NCBI RefSeq assembly: GCF_001447785.1
Contig: NW_015175997.1
Location: forward strand, 316,878 to 380,877
Reading direction: 5' to 3'
Length of the DNA: 64,000 bases
Source of the DNA: Gekko japonicus
Lineage: Eukaryota
This document shows, piece after piece, positions 25,001 to 37,380 of this stretch. A model generated the notes under the pieces. The model searched no databases and was not told the DNA's origin. It was given only the letters and a program-made list of their open reading frames with translations. Position 1 is the stretch's first letter; each line of letters opens with the position of its first letter. The position numbers and the translations under genes are program-made.

Positions 25001-28000
25001 TTTCTTCAGTAACCTGAATGTATCTCCTCTGTTCTTGTGCATTCCAGAAAAGTCCTGGATATGTTCTTGTAGGTATGAAGGTAATGGCACTCTTGTTCTG
25101 TGGTATCTTGAGGGCCAAGCAATGCATGTGGTCTTTGCACCTTAGTCTGGCCATGAATATCATGATGCTTGGTGAGGAGTTAGAAGGGCAGCTTCATAAC
25201 TGAACCTTTTGATAACTTGATGATGCCTTCAAATCTAACCTATCAAGAAGTCATTCAGGCAGTTTGAATCACTGCTGTCTGCAAACAAAGTAGTTCAGTA
25301 TATTGTTGGCATAATCATTTGAGTGCCATTTTACTTGAAAGCATACAGGGGAGGAGAATGGGAAAATGATAAACTCCTCTGGTCGTCTGTCTACTCATAC
25401 ACCACACCATGGATGATCTATAGAGCAGATATTGGTGATGGCAAAAACATTTCAAGAAGAAGCATAAATAGTGTTGCTGTATTGGTATATGTGGCATGGG
25501 AAGAAGAGTAAATAAAATCGCTTCTGGAGTTCTGTCTAACTAAAACAAATACATTTAAATATATTGTCTTGAACTGATTCATTCTTTATGTTGCTGACCA
25601 ATTTATTGGCTGCATGTGTTCTGGTTGAACACTAGTGCTTCAAGAGGGAAGTGCATGGCCATATGGGCTGGACTATGTGCCGTTATTGGCCATATGGAAT
25701 GGCTGTTCACTGCATGTTTAGATTTGTGCCTCCTTCTCAAACAGTGTGGTGATGCACTGAGATAAACAAGCAGCAGGCAACAAACTTGTATGCCACACAG
25801 CCCTCAGACTTCAAAGGAATTTGACTGCTATATTTAATCTCTGATCCCCTTTTGGAGGGTGGGATTTAATTTCTAATAGTCATTTTAAACCCTTGTTACA
25901 CATGCTGTCAATGATTCGAGAATAGGATTTGTCTTTCCAGGTTGTCTGTATGCATGGATAATGGGGCCTTTTGACTTGCTGGACTTGTTTATTGAACTTT
26001 ATTTGTGTTTGTTGAATTTATTACCTGTTCACAGCACATCGTCTGAAACTGATTCCACATCAGAGTATCATCTGAGTTCCACATAATCCTGTTAATTTAC
26101 TGTGATTCTGTTACACATTTAGATCTTGGAAATGAGGATGTTGTTCTTGCAGTCCTATGGTTTGTCCTGTTCTTGCAGTCCTGTTTGTTGTTTTATGGGA
26201 CAAAAATTCTGAGCTTGTGCCTCTCTCGGTTTCTCTCTCTTTTGTTTTAAAGTTTCTGGTACTGCAGTGTAGATGTATCTGCAAATTGCCGGGCTGTGGT
26301 GACAGGTGATAATATGGGCAACGTCGTCCTACTCAGTACAGAGGGTGAAAAGGTTAGTATGCCTTTGGTAACACATACTTAAATGGTTTTGGTATTTTTC
26401 ACATTTCATGGGGGTGCTGCACTGACCTGCTTTTATGTATGTTGTTAGATTACTTCACTGTGGTGGGTTCAATTAATAGGTTACTGCTTTGGTGAGGGAA
26501 TCACCTCTGTAGCCACCCCCTAGATGGAGGGTCCCATACACATCTTCATCCTGCTAGGCAGCAATCACGCAGGAAAGGAACTGTGTCATTTAACCCACCT
26601 ATGTGGTTCCTCATCTAGATGTTTCTAGTGCATGGTGGGACTGGAACACAGGCAGCTGCCTCTGTGGTAACATGAGATGCTGTTTTCTAGTACAGATGCT
26701 ATTTTCTACTACAGAGGCTAGGAAGGAAGCCTAGAAGTACAGCCTTTTTAGGATAATTTTTGTACTTTAAACTTACTAGTACTGGATTTATTAGCAACTT
26801 CTCCATGGTTCATAGAGTCAGGCATGCACTACTGTCCATGTGCCTATACTCCTAAGGGGGGGGGGGAGAGACACAACCCCAGGAAAGGCATGCTGTATAT
26901 ATAAATTCCATATACTAGAGTTTTGTCTTGGACTGACTCTCTTGCTCTGTCGCTGTCATTCAGTTTGCTTTCTGTTATATGTACTGTAGATATGGAACCT
27001 GAAACTGCACAAAAGGAAAGTAACTCATGTGGAGTTTAATCCTAGCTGTGATTGGCTTTTGGCTACAGCCTCTGTAGATCAAACTGTCAAAATCTGGGAT
27101 CTGAGGAACATAAAAGACAAGTCATGTTACCTTCATGCACTTCCTCATGACAAAGCTGTCAATGCAGGTAAGACAGCAAAGTGGAGCCACGTTTTGCCAT
27201 TCCAACCTATCCATTCTTGGTTGGGTGTGTGTGATCCTAGCATCTCTTAGTCTAGCAGTACCTTAAGGACTAAGTGAAGAAGTGAGCAGTGACTCAGAAA
27301 AGCTCATGCCCTGCCACAAAAATTGTTAGTCGTTAAGGTGCTACTGGCTCTTTTCTACTGCTACAGACAGACTAACGTGGCTACCCATCTTGTTTTATCT
27401 CTTAGTCTGTGTCTATTCTTTTCCACCACTTTCATTAGATATCCTTATTTAAAATGTATACTTTCCTTTAACCAGGGCTCAAGGCAGCTCTCTGTCAGAG
27501 ATAAAAACATTAAAATAATTATCTCAAAAATGCTGAATAAAAAAATTAGCAAATTGAGGAAAGAATATCAATCAGAAATCAACCCCAGAAGAGAGGACAA
27601 TTTTGCAGGGCCCATAAAACTGTCAGCAGTTAATGTGCCTTCTGTACATCCTCTGGTAGCCTGCTTTGTAAGACTGGAAAGGTGAGGTCTGTGCTCTTGC
27701 AGGAGATGTCTGCAGCTGTCAAAAGGAGGGCACAGCCAGAAAGCCTGTTAGTCTGACCTGAGTTGGCAGCTGGGTTCATATAAGGGGAGAGGTTATTCCT
27801 CAGATTGGTGGGCTGTAGGTTCTGAAGGTAAGAACTAAGACTGCGAATTGAGCCAAGAAGCAATTTGGGAGCTTTTTAAGATGGTGTGCATGTAAGTGTA
27901 TGTGTATAAGTGTGTGTTTATGACACTCAGCACCAGACAAAAAGTGCACGTTGTACCAGTTGAATTTCTGAACAGTTTGCCCCACATAGAGTGCATTACA

Positions 28001-31000
28001 GAAATCCATTCTGGAAGGTAAAGATGTAATGATTAGCATGGGTAAGTCCTCTTAAGTTTAGAAAGGAGGGCCATTTATGAATTCAGTATAGATGAAAGAA
28101 AGCAGTCCTGGGTACAACTCCAACCTGCTTGACAGTACTCCCGTATTCTTCACCTAGTTAGACAGGGTCAACCTGACCCTGTCCAAACCAATAATTCAGT
28201 TACTTCCACAACATCAGCCTTTTTGGCTAGCATCACTTCTTCCTTGTTGAGATTTAATTTTTTAGCCCCCCTCCCAGCCACTACATCCAAGCACTAATTC
28301 AGGACTTCCACCCCCACCCCCACACACAGGGTGCTGTGCGCCCTGAAATCATGTCTCTGGGGAATAGTATGGGGACAATGTGAGAGTGAGTGAATGGGGA
28401 AATCAGTAAAAATTTGCCAGTGGAATATACAGTTAGGATCCAGACCTTTATGTCCTGTTCAACAGAAAAGATCAGAGCTATTGGAGTGCAATTCCTGAAA
28501 CCTCAGCATTAAGCTTTAAATGATTCAACATGGGTAATAGTTAACTATAACAAAAAGCTGAAGAAATACCTAAGCAAATGATGTATTTCTATCAGTCTGC
28601 AAATTCAGATCATTCACAACCGTGACTAAAGTTGTCTCTGCCCTAAAGCCAGATTAAAAATGGGTGAAGGAAAGATGTCATTCATTTTGAAGATGCCATT
28701 CATGTTGAAGTTGCTGTGTCACCAGATGCTCAGTCACCTTTGCAAAAAAACAAAAGCAAACCCCAAACCAAGAAGGGGGTGGTTGGAGTCCAAATGGTTG
28801 TTAGCCAACCGTTAGTTATCCAAAGAGGGTTTTTCAGCAGTGACATAACCAGAACGTTGAGTTCCTGAGAGAAGCTGTCCTCTAGCAAGGAGGTATTAAT
28901 TTTGCTGAAGGTGTGCTTAGTTCCCTCTGGCAGGACTTAAGCTGTAAAATCCATTTGCAGGTAGTGGCCTCCCTAACTTTAATCACTTTGTTTGCATCAG
29001 TCAAGAAGAGCAATCCAAAATTATTCAAGGAACCACTGCGAATGGGTGCTTCTGATACTGCTGTTATAGGAATTGTATTTGTCCTAGTGGCTCTTAGACT
29101 GGAAATTAAAGAGTTGACCAGCAAAGAATCTTGTAAAACTATCACTGATGTTTCTTCTTCCAAAGGATTGAATCTGAATGCTTAAAGACCATGAATAACA
29201 CTGAAAAGCTCTACTGAACCAGATTATGCTGATTTGGTGGTAGTGGAGAAACAGGATAGATGCTTAAAGACCATGAATAACATTGAAAAGCTCTACTGAA
29301 CCTGATTTGGTGGTAGTGGAGAAACAGGATACTTTGCCACCTCACAGGTGCTACCTGAAAATGGACTGGCCTGTTTGCTTACAGGTTTTTCAGCAATGTC
29401 ATTTCAGGTGTCTGAACACTTTCATATCTTCAGGCTCCCTGAAATAAGAGTTAGATGGGACAAAGTGGGGAGAGGGTGATGGGAAGTGATCCTCTGAATT
29501 GCCCCATCAGCCCCTGATGTTGGGCTCCCGTGAAGGAGTCATCTGAACCACTACTGTGACTTCCTAGATCCCTAGAGCATTCTTGAAACCTGTTCTGTCC
29601 ACAAGTCTTTGAATATGGACAACCCTGATGGGACCACTACTCACATGCAGTTGGAAAGGTTAAAACTAACCATGCCTTGAACAGATAATGTTCTGACCAC
29701 TTGTAGTCCTGACCTATTAACTGCTTGGTTGGAGTGGGTGGTGGTGGTCACACTGCACTCGGTTGCGCCGAAGAACGAATCCAGTGGATTGGATTTTATG
29801 AAGCATTTTTCAGATTGAAGGGTTTCCATTTGCAGAGTACAACTTTCTTGCTTGTTGCCTCCTGCTGTAGACCAAAATGTATATGTAGCTGACACATGTT
29901 GTGATAAAATAGTCTGCTTATGTATTCCAGCCAGGATTTGATCAAACAAGCCAGATCTACATTCTCCTCCTCATACGAGTCACAAAGGAAAGAGCTCTTA
30001 TTACTTGCAGGCTTGGTGTTGCTGAAAAAACTTGTACTCAGAGATGCTGTGGAATAGGTTGAAAGTTAAACAAGGAGCAAGTACTATCATGTCCTTGTCT
30101 TCTCAAGCAGACAGTCCTTCCATGCTTACAAATCACAACTATATAGAAATAGATCAGCCGGTCATGAAAGTGCTGTGTGTTGCAAATGATACTGAGAAGT
30201 GTCCTGTGGTAGTAGGTTCAGTGAAAGCCCTAGCCAGGACTGTTTAAGTAATATGAATAACTACATATGCTGTATACAAGACTTACCAGGTTTTTTCCTG
30301 TCTATGTTGTATCCACAATTTATTGTTTCAGAACTTACCAATACAAAAAGATTTTACATTCTCTGTAGTTCCTGGAGTGATATCTGCTGACTTAAAAAAG
30401 AATTGAGACACTTCATGTTTGCAGGTGGCAAAGTAACCAGAAGTATAGATTTGAGTTAAGATCAGTTAAGATTTGAAGTATAGATTTGAGTTAAGATCAG
30501 TGAAGCTCAAAGAAACTAATTATTAGATACATCTAATCTCATTGAAATCTGCGGTATTTATAGGTTTATATATACATATCTGTTGATTTCTAGTATGAAT
30601 TTAGCATGGTTGGTTGTTGCATGCTGTTTCTAGTTATGTCCATGACTTGTGCTTTTTATGACAAATTTATCCATTACTCTTGCCTCCTCAAGCAATTACA
30701 GTGTTTTGTTAATACTTTATTTTATTTAATAACAATTTCATAATGCTTTTATTTGTTTATGGAATTCATATTCTGCTTCTCCAGAGTCCAGCTTCATGAC
30801 TAAGATTAGCGAAAATTCAAAAATCAATTCATTTTCTTACGAATGCCGTTTGTAACCTGAAAATGCAGTTTGTGACCACAGCAGTATGATTTTACATTGT
30901 TTCTGTTCTACTCCTCTTCAGCTTATTTCAGCCCAACAGATGGTTCTAAGCTACTGACTACTGACCAGCACAGTGAAATCCGGGTTTATTCCTCTTTTGA

Positions 31001-34000
31001 TTGGTCCAAACCACAGCATCTGATTCCACATCCTCATCGGCAATTTCAGCATCTCACACCTATTAAGGTGAAGAAATAAGCATGTTAACTAGGAGTCATT
31101 CACTACTTCATGATGTTAGAAGGTGAAGATAAGCATTCTGCAGCTCCTGTATAGAAATGTATTGAGAATCTGATTGGCAGGCAGGAAAAACGTGCACGTA
31201 CAGGTCTTAATGGTAAATTGTTCTAGGTTGTGTTGTTTTCTTCTGTTATCACTTATGGATCTAAAATTGAGCCATATTCACTCTCTGGCTGGCATTTAGG
31301 GAGTCTGTGTGGCAACAAGACTAACGTGAATGCAAAAGTAGACAAAAACTAGAGGTAGGATTGGATAGAAGGAAACCTGAGTAAATGCATCTTGTTTCTA
31401 CAAGTAAGTCTAGGGTGTGAAAACTGGCCTTACTAATAGGTTTATAGGCAAGTGTAGGCTGTTAAGAACCTGTGGGAATTATGTTCCTATTCAATTGTGT
31501 TGCTGTTCTATGGTGTCTTGAAAGCCATTAATGACTTTAGCAACTTGATTTCATGAGTGGAGTAGAAGCTGAACCTGTAGGCTTGTAGACCCACATAGTG
31601 CCAATTCTTGATAAAACGCATCCTGTTTTTCTCTTAATTCTCTCTAATTCATTCATACCAACTTCAGCATTAATGTTGCTTAACTTTGTATTGGATTTAG
31701 GCAACATGGCATCCTCGTTATAACCTCATTGTAGCTGGTCGTTATCCAGATCCTAAGTTCCCAGGATACACAGTAGATGAGCTGCGAACTGTCGATATAT
31801 TTGATGGAGACAGTGGGGAAATGGTGTGCCAGCTGTATGATCCAAATGCATCTGGCATTATTTCGGTGAGTGTGGAGGACTGGTTTCAAATTACGTGAAC
31901 CTAGTATTTCGTCTGAGGGTCTGGGAATAGGGGACAGGAAAAGGACAATAACTTTCAAGCATGGTAGCAATAATGATTTTCTGTATGATTAAAAGTGTGT
32001 CCACTTCTGTTCTCCTTGAGGAGAGACTGCCATACTAGGATTTTATAGGATGCTAATCTAGAATTGTTGAGGGGTCAGTAAATGCATTATATGGAGCTCT
32101 TCAGTTTCCTCTTCCTGATTTGACCTCTAATGCTGATTGGATCAGATCCCACAGGGCCCTGATGGTGTTCGGCAGAGTTCCACCAGGTTGGGGCCAGGAC
32201 TGAAAAGGCCCTGGTTCAGGACAGCTGGACGTCTTTGGTTCCCTATGCCTCATTCCCTTCCTCCTGAGATGTGTCTGCAACTTTATAAACTTCAGAGGTG
32301 GTGATAGCGCTGTGCACCTCTAAAATTGTGTTGCCTCATTAAACAAAGTTCATGTTCTTTTGTTTGTATGTAAGCTACAGGGGGAAAAACTGTTGAGAGA
32401 ATCCTGCTTTCAGTGCTTAATTTTGAACCTCACTCATGGAAACTATCTTTTTAACAAAACCAAAGCCTGGATATATATATATATATTTGTACCATATCTG
32501 ACTACCCTGGTGCAGTTCATAGGAGAATGTTCCATCTTTTTTTGGGGGGTGCCAGTTGTATGATGTGTTGGAAAGTTTTGGGGGTTTTGGAAAGTATTTA
32601 CATCTTGCTGCAACAGCTTCGGGCTCTCAGGCCAGATTTCTTTAAAGTTTGTGGTTGCCAATCACTAAGTACTCAGGCAGATTCTCCTGCATAAACTTTA
32701 CTGTGGTCACCAGATTTTACTCATAATGAAAAGAGGCATATGCTGAATATGGGAGTGTAAAGGGCCTCCCTATTTGAAGCTGTGCTGATTTGTGCAGAAC
32801 TCTTCCTCATTGAATGCTGGCCTTTTCATTGTTGGGTTTATCCAGAATGTTCTAGTTCCTGATTTTGATTGATCGTGTTAAATGAACAGTGGACAAGGCT
32901 ACAATTCATGCTTGTGTTTTATATTTGCAGCTCAGTAAGTTTAACCCTATGGGAGACACACTTGCCTCTGGAATGGGTAAGTGATCGGTTTGATCTTGCA
33001 CTTGACGACAGCGTGGTTAAGAACCGGTTGAAACTTGTAGCTCCTTGTCATATTGGCTCCCTTGTTCAGCTTTCTGAATGGTCTTCATTACGTTCAGTTC
33101 CTGTGTGTACTGACTGTCCTCCCATATGCTGAGGTAGGAGAGATTCTGGCTCCACTGTGGAGCTGGTGATCATGGACAGCTGTATCCTTACAGGAGGGGT
33201 GAGAGAGAGGTTATGTTCGTGAAAAGTCTTCTAACTCTTTAAAAAAAGAAAGGCAAGATCTGTTGACCTTAAACATGATAACCTTTTGCCCTGACCTGGT
33301 TAGCCCAGGCAAGCCCAATCTGGTCAGATCTCGGAAGCTAAGCAGGGTTGACCCTGGCAAATATACCAGGGCCAAAGAATATCACGGTGAGGAGGCAGAG
33401 GCAGGCTATCAAGCCACTTCTCTGAACATCCTCCATGCCCCAGTAGGAGTCGCCAGAGGTCCCCGTGACTTCCAGGCAAGGCACACATACATATACATGC
33501 ACAGACACAAAAATGCAAAAATACACACACACCCCCAAATAAAAAACCACGATAACCTTTTCTCTCCTCTTTGTTTGGTGGGGAAAAAGTTAAGTATTCT
33601 TCAACTTGTGGTAGGTAGGAACAATATGTCTCTTAATAGAAGGTACTGCTGCCATCTGCTGGCCTCTTAATGCAGAAGAGGGAGGTATAAGATTTAACAG
33701 TCTTTACAGACTTCCAAGTGGAATCAGCACCTGGACTAATAAGTGCTTTAGCAATATCAGTATTGTACCAGTTGTGACACTGTTCATTATGTTGCTGATC
33801 ATACCATAATTGACAAGTTCTTACTAGCTCCTATATAGTTCTCCCTGTTTTGTATCCTAGAAGGCCTTCCCTTTCATATAGGGAAACTGGCAACACAGAA
33901 GTCTAATCAAGCACAGTGGTATAAACTTTTATTAGAAGTACAGCTTTCTATGTCCAGTATTTGGAAAGATGACTTTCTCACACATTCCAAAAATAGAGTA

Positions 34001-34420
34001 TTCCTTTGAATACTGTTCCTGTAATGGGACTTTGTGGAACTGGCATCTAAAGTGAACCATTTCATTAATGCCTTAGAAGTATTTAGGTATGGCAGACCAT
34101 CTCAAAATGTACTTTTTTACTGTATGCATACTGCGCCCAAAACAGAATTCTTAGTGACTGTTTTCTTGCCAGGTTTTAATATTCTGATCTGGAGCCGGGA
34201 GGAAATGGTAACCAGAAAACAAGAGTGTCTCATGCAAGCTATGACAGAGCAGGGAATTGGAGGCAGGAGTTTATCTCGGCAAAGAGGACAGAGGCAATCA
34301 AGCACTGGAACAAGTAGACTCAGAACTAAACTACTCAGTCTGGATTTTGAGGGAAGCAAAACAAAGAGCAAGGAATGCACATTACAGAAGAAACGGAAAG
34401 GAAAGGATTCAGAGGACTGA
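15920..34420 (+). CDS. DDB2: DNA damage-binding protein 2 (WD40; XPE), 10 coding exons, 508 aa: 15920-16094, 21439-21569, 22220-22411, 23369-23514, 26253-26352, 26990-27167, 30922-31067, 31701-31865, 32931-32976, 34173-34420
   Basis: Spliced 1527-nt ORF with GT-AG junctions and consistent phases; motifs [59 protein letters not shown]. Confidence 0.97.
17168..17850 (+). mobile_element. L2 LINE 3' fragment
   Basis: [39 protein letters not shown]; TAAA-type tail. Confidence 0.88.
17877..18217. mobile_element. hAT/Charlie-like MITE
   Basis: CAGGGATCTCC...GGGGACCCCTG ends; perfect 8-bp TSD CCTTAGGG. Confidence 0.85.
20336..20590 (-). mobile_element. Sauria SINE (5'-truncated)
   Basis: AAAGGTAAAGG (ACCTTT tail in reverse); high identity to 39850-40105. 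Confidence 0.85.
20650..21310 (-). mobile_element. L2 LINE 3' fragment
   Basis: [43 protein letters not shown]. Confidence 0.88.
21215..21281 (+). mobile_element. Short Penelope-like terminal fragment inserted into L2
   Basis: 13-bp TSD ACCTTTTAACTTG (21202, 21282); body GGCCATACAGCCGGAAAATCTACAACAAC. Confidence 0.65.
21439..21569 (+). CDS. DDB2: DDB2 coding exon 2
   Basis: [14 protein letters not shown]; CAG acceptor, GTAAGG donor. Confidence 0.92.
22220..22411 (+). CDS. DDB2: DDB2 coding exon 3
   Basis: [25 protein letters not shown]...CLIKG; 192 nt; CAGCAG acceptor. Confidence 0.95.
22595..22742 (+). pseudogene. Probable decayed alternative copy of DDB2 exon 4 (pseudo-exon)
   Basis: Polypyrimidine tract plus CAG acceptor; shares GGAATGAAGT and TCCTAGTGA with functional exon 4; frameshifted; no clear donor. 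Confidence 0.5.
23369..23514 (+). CDS. DDB2: DDB2 coding exon 4
   Basis: [24 protein letters not shown]...; 146 nt. Confidence 0.95.
24443..24766 (+). mobile_element. tRNA-derived SINE (Squam3-type)
   Basis: Full head to (TCC)n tail; flanking ATTATCCA duplication. Confidence 0.9.
26253..26352 (+). CDS. DDB2: DDB2 coding exon 5
   Basis: [27 protein letters not shown]; 100 nt. Confidence 0.95.
26990..27167 (+). CDS. DDB2: DDB2 coding exon 6
   Basis: [17 protein letters not shown]...LPHDKAVNA; 178 nt. Confidence 0.95.
27420..28330 (-). mobile_element. Old L2 LINE fragment
   Basis: Minus-strand [22 protein letters not shown], resembling the L2 ORF2 C-terminus. Confidence 0.6.
28560..29180 (-). 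mobile_element. Highly decayed L2 ORF2 (pre-RT) fragment
   Basis: Minus-strand ATTC.. and LLK.PSLD..NHPFL-like remnants. Confidence 0.45.
29178..29331. repeat. 82-bp tandem duplication (second copy with a small deletion)
   Basis: ATGCTTAAAGACCATGAATAAC...GGAGAAACAGGATA at 29178 and 29260. Confidence 0.9.
30922..31067 (+). CDS. DDB2: DDB2 coding exon 7
   Basis: [15 protein letters not shown]...[11 protein letters not shown] (FQH lesion-probing hairpin). Confidence 0.95.
31701..31865 (+). CDS. DDB2: DDB2 coding exon 8
   Basis: [18 protein letters not shown]...[11 protein letters not shown]; 165 nt. Confidence 0.95.
32145..32240 (-). mobile_element. L2 LINE fragment
   Basis: Near-identical to 20980-21070. 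Confidence 0.75.
32931..32976 (+). CDS. DDB2: DDB2 coding exon 9
   Basis: [15 protein letters not shown]; 46 nt. Confidence 0.93.
33290..33490 (+). mobile_element. 5S rRNA-derived SINE
   Basis: GATCTCGGAAGCTAAGCAGGGT (5S internal control region) fused to a non-5S tail. Confidence 0.75.
34173..34420 (+). CDS. DDB2: DDB2 coding exon 10 (last)
   Basis: [11 protein letters not shown]...KGKDSED*; basic C-terminal tail. Confidence 0.93.
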
Positions 34421-35038
34421 CTAGGCAAGCATCTATAGTGCTGATTAGAGCAAAGTCCATGCTGGACAACAGTGGCTTCAGAGGGAATGAGCCCGTTAGT
34501 CCATCTTCCCTGGTTCTGATGGATGTTCCTGTGTTGGAAAAGCAAGAAGTCTGGTTTTGTTTTTTTTAACCAGCAGCAAGGAATGGGAGCATAGTCATGT
34601 GCTTTTTGGTGCTGCTGCTTCTGTGCATAGCTGCTGAGTTTTAGTCATCTGGGATACAGTATAATGCAATGAGCTAGGCTATGCTGACAGTGCAGTTTGT
34701 ATTTCAGAACTGGCTGTCTTCTGTTCAGTATATTGAGCAACCTGGGTGTTTTTCCCTCCTATGCTGGGCTCAAAATGCAAGATTTTTTTTCTTCTTCAAA
34801 GAGGAACATGGGGATTCTTTCCCAGCACTCTTCCCCAAGCAGGCATAGCTTGAGTCTGTTGTTAACATAAAGGCATTTGCTTGCTGTGTTAGCTCTTGTT
34901 ACAAAACTGCCTGGGGTGTGGGTGTACAAATGCAGAGCCAACTTGACGTGACTGGCAGAAGCCAAGGTGCAGCTGCTGCTAGTGGGAATTTCATATTTGT
35001 TCCCTTATTCACTTTATGCTCACGATATCAAGATGTTA

Positions 35039-35044
35039 AATAAA
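35039..35044 (+). terminator. DDB2: Candidate DDB2 polyadenylation signal
   Basis: AATAAA ~620 nt after the stop, followed by a GT-rich stretch. Confidence 0.6.
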
Positions 35045-37264
35045 GTTTTGTATAGAACAAAGTGTGTTATACCAGCGAGACTGATTTTTCAGACTTGAGC
35101 TGACCTTACTTACAGACTTGAGAGAGCTGTGAATTTTATCCCCCCCCCCCAATCTAAGATCTATGACTTCGACTCAGTGGTACAACTTGTAGGAACTTGT
35201 TCTGCTTTCAGGAGCCAGGTTTCAAAGCTTGGCTTTTCTTTCCAAGAGCTAAGTGGAAATGGCATTGGGTCAACTGGGCAGGGATGGAAAGAGGATGTCC
35301 TTCCTGAAGGGGACCCAGGGTAGCTTACAACGGAAGCCCACTAAATACATAAGCCAATTAGCAATAAAACAAAAAACGGACATCTTGGTCTGGTCCTGGA
35401 CTCGTTTGCTGGCTTGTCCAAAGGCATGGGCTATGAGCTCTGGATTACGGGCCAAAAGGCTTACACCACTGGCCATGCCTAAGCTTCGCAGGTACCTGTA
35501 CAAGAAGGTACAAATTCTGTACAAATCCTTAGCAACAGGGTGCAGCTGGTAAAGAGGTTCCATTCCTGTTCTCTCCTCCAATGTAAGAGTATACCAGTTT
35601 AAAAACATTTTAAAGTTTGATTTTTGAAAAAACAACAACCAGTCCTCTCATCAAGATCCCCATTAGCCTCAACTTTGCAAAAAGACGATTGACCAATAGA
35701 TTGTGTATCCTATCTTGTGGTGCAGAAGAAAGAGCATGAGTCCAGTTCTACTTTTTTGTAACAAAAAAGAAAGAGAAAGAGACCAAAGTGATTTACAGAA
35801 ACATCATTCAGAGATACAAATCATAGACACCAATTTCTTCCATGTACCAAAGTACACACCTTTAATAATCAACCCCCTTGATTTGCTACAGAGCTTCTAA
35901 AAAATTAGGATATTAGTAACTCATCTCTTTCTTACAGCTATCCTCTTAGGCCACCTTTGGCTCTGTGCCTATATTCTGTTCTGCAGGAGCTATGTGATGC
36001 TGTTGGGTGAACAAGGGGAAAAGACACAGATTAGAATAACTATAAGCTGATTGTACGTACTTTCTGGCAGAAATGTAGTGTGTGGTCAGTAATCTTTTGT
36101 GGAGCAGTTAAGGGAAATAAATGTCTGTAGTCAGAGTCTCATCAGTAAAGAATGACTGTACAGAAAGCGGGGCCTGTAGAGAAGATAGTAGCATCAGGAA
36201 AGACTATGATTAGGGAGGTGGATAATGCAGTGAGGAGACAGGGGTTCATCTGTTGTGCATTATACTCATGGTGATGAAGCCTCACCAGGAACAGTGGATA
36301 CCTGGAAAGTGGGCTACCTCCAGCTGCTTAAGTGGTGGGGAAGGCTGTTCCAAGAATCCTTACTCCTCTCTCACCAGCTAGTCTATTTCAGCAGAGCTTC
36401 CTTCTTCCCTTTGTCACTGAAGGTGAACAGAAGAGACAATTGAAAAAGCAGCTCCTGCCCTTCCTTAGACGTTCACCTGCCAAGGCTGGAAGGAAGAAGC
36501 AAGTTGCTAAAATGAACTTGTTTTTGGAGGGAAAAGAGATATGATGCATTCTGGGTTCAGTCCTAGGTTTGGAACAGATTCCTAGATTGTGCTTTGCTCC
36601 ACATGTAGCCCTGGATGGTATTATCTGGGAGGAGGGAAAAAGAACTCTGGGAAAAAAAAGATTTGGCCTTCTGTGGAAGTTTCCAGGAGTCTTGTGAGTA
36701 CTTGGGGAACGTAGATATACCATAGTTCAGTAGTGGAAGATTTCAGTGGGGTATCATGTAGAGTCTGGTATAGCAAAAAGGAGTTTCATAGCACATTAAA
36801 GAGACTGACACAGTCAGTTGTGAAATGGATTCTCAGAGCAAATGGATCTCACTGACTGAGGATTTAATTAGTTGCTGACAGAGTGAGCTCTAGCTATGAA
36901 ATATTATGCTTTAATAACTTTGCTAGCCACCCTTTTGAGTTTCAGTGGTGAAGGAGCTCTGTGCATGTGTAGGGGTACTTTACCCCACATTATATGACTT
37001 GGACCAGCTAACAGAAGACTGAGCTAGCACAGATGAAGCAGGGCACAATTTCTCCCAATTTAAGCTACCTTTATTTTTTGCACACTAGAAATGTGTATGG
37101 TACGGTATCTATGTTTGGAGTGATCTAGACCTATCCATTTTGTGATATTTATATTGCAGGTGTAAAGCAAAGTAGATGTAACACTTCTCCTACCTGGAGA
37201 TGCCTGGTATTGGGGGGTGGAAGCATGTATATCATGGCATAAGAGGTTATTTCATTAAAGGTAG

Positions 37265-37380
37265 CTCAGATCTTGGAAGCTAAGCAGGGTCTGCTCTGGC
37301 TAGTATTTGGATGGGCGACCTCCAAGGAATACCAGGGGCGTGATGCAGAGGCAGGCAATGGCCAACCACTTCTGAAATGT
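37265..37380 (+). mobile_element. 5S rRNA-derived SINE fragment
   Basis: AGATCTTGGAAGCTAAGCAGGGTC..CTAGTATTTGGATGGGCGACC..GGAATACCAGG plus the tail shared with the 33290 copy. Confidence 0.75.

Noticed and set aside
33312-33360. 5S rRNA gene (also 37266-37335)
   Set aside because: Partial, diverged and fused to a SINE tail.
34200-34420. DDB2 basic C-terminal extension relative to human
   Set aside because: Resembles the tail I recall in avian DDB2, so it is not novel.
35270-35638. 122-aa minus-strand ORF between DDB2 and ACP2
   Set aside because: No recognisable domain or exon chain; the length is compatible with chance.
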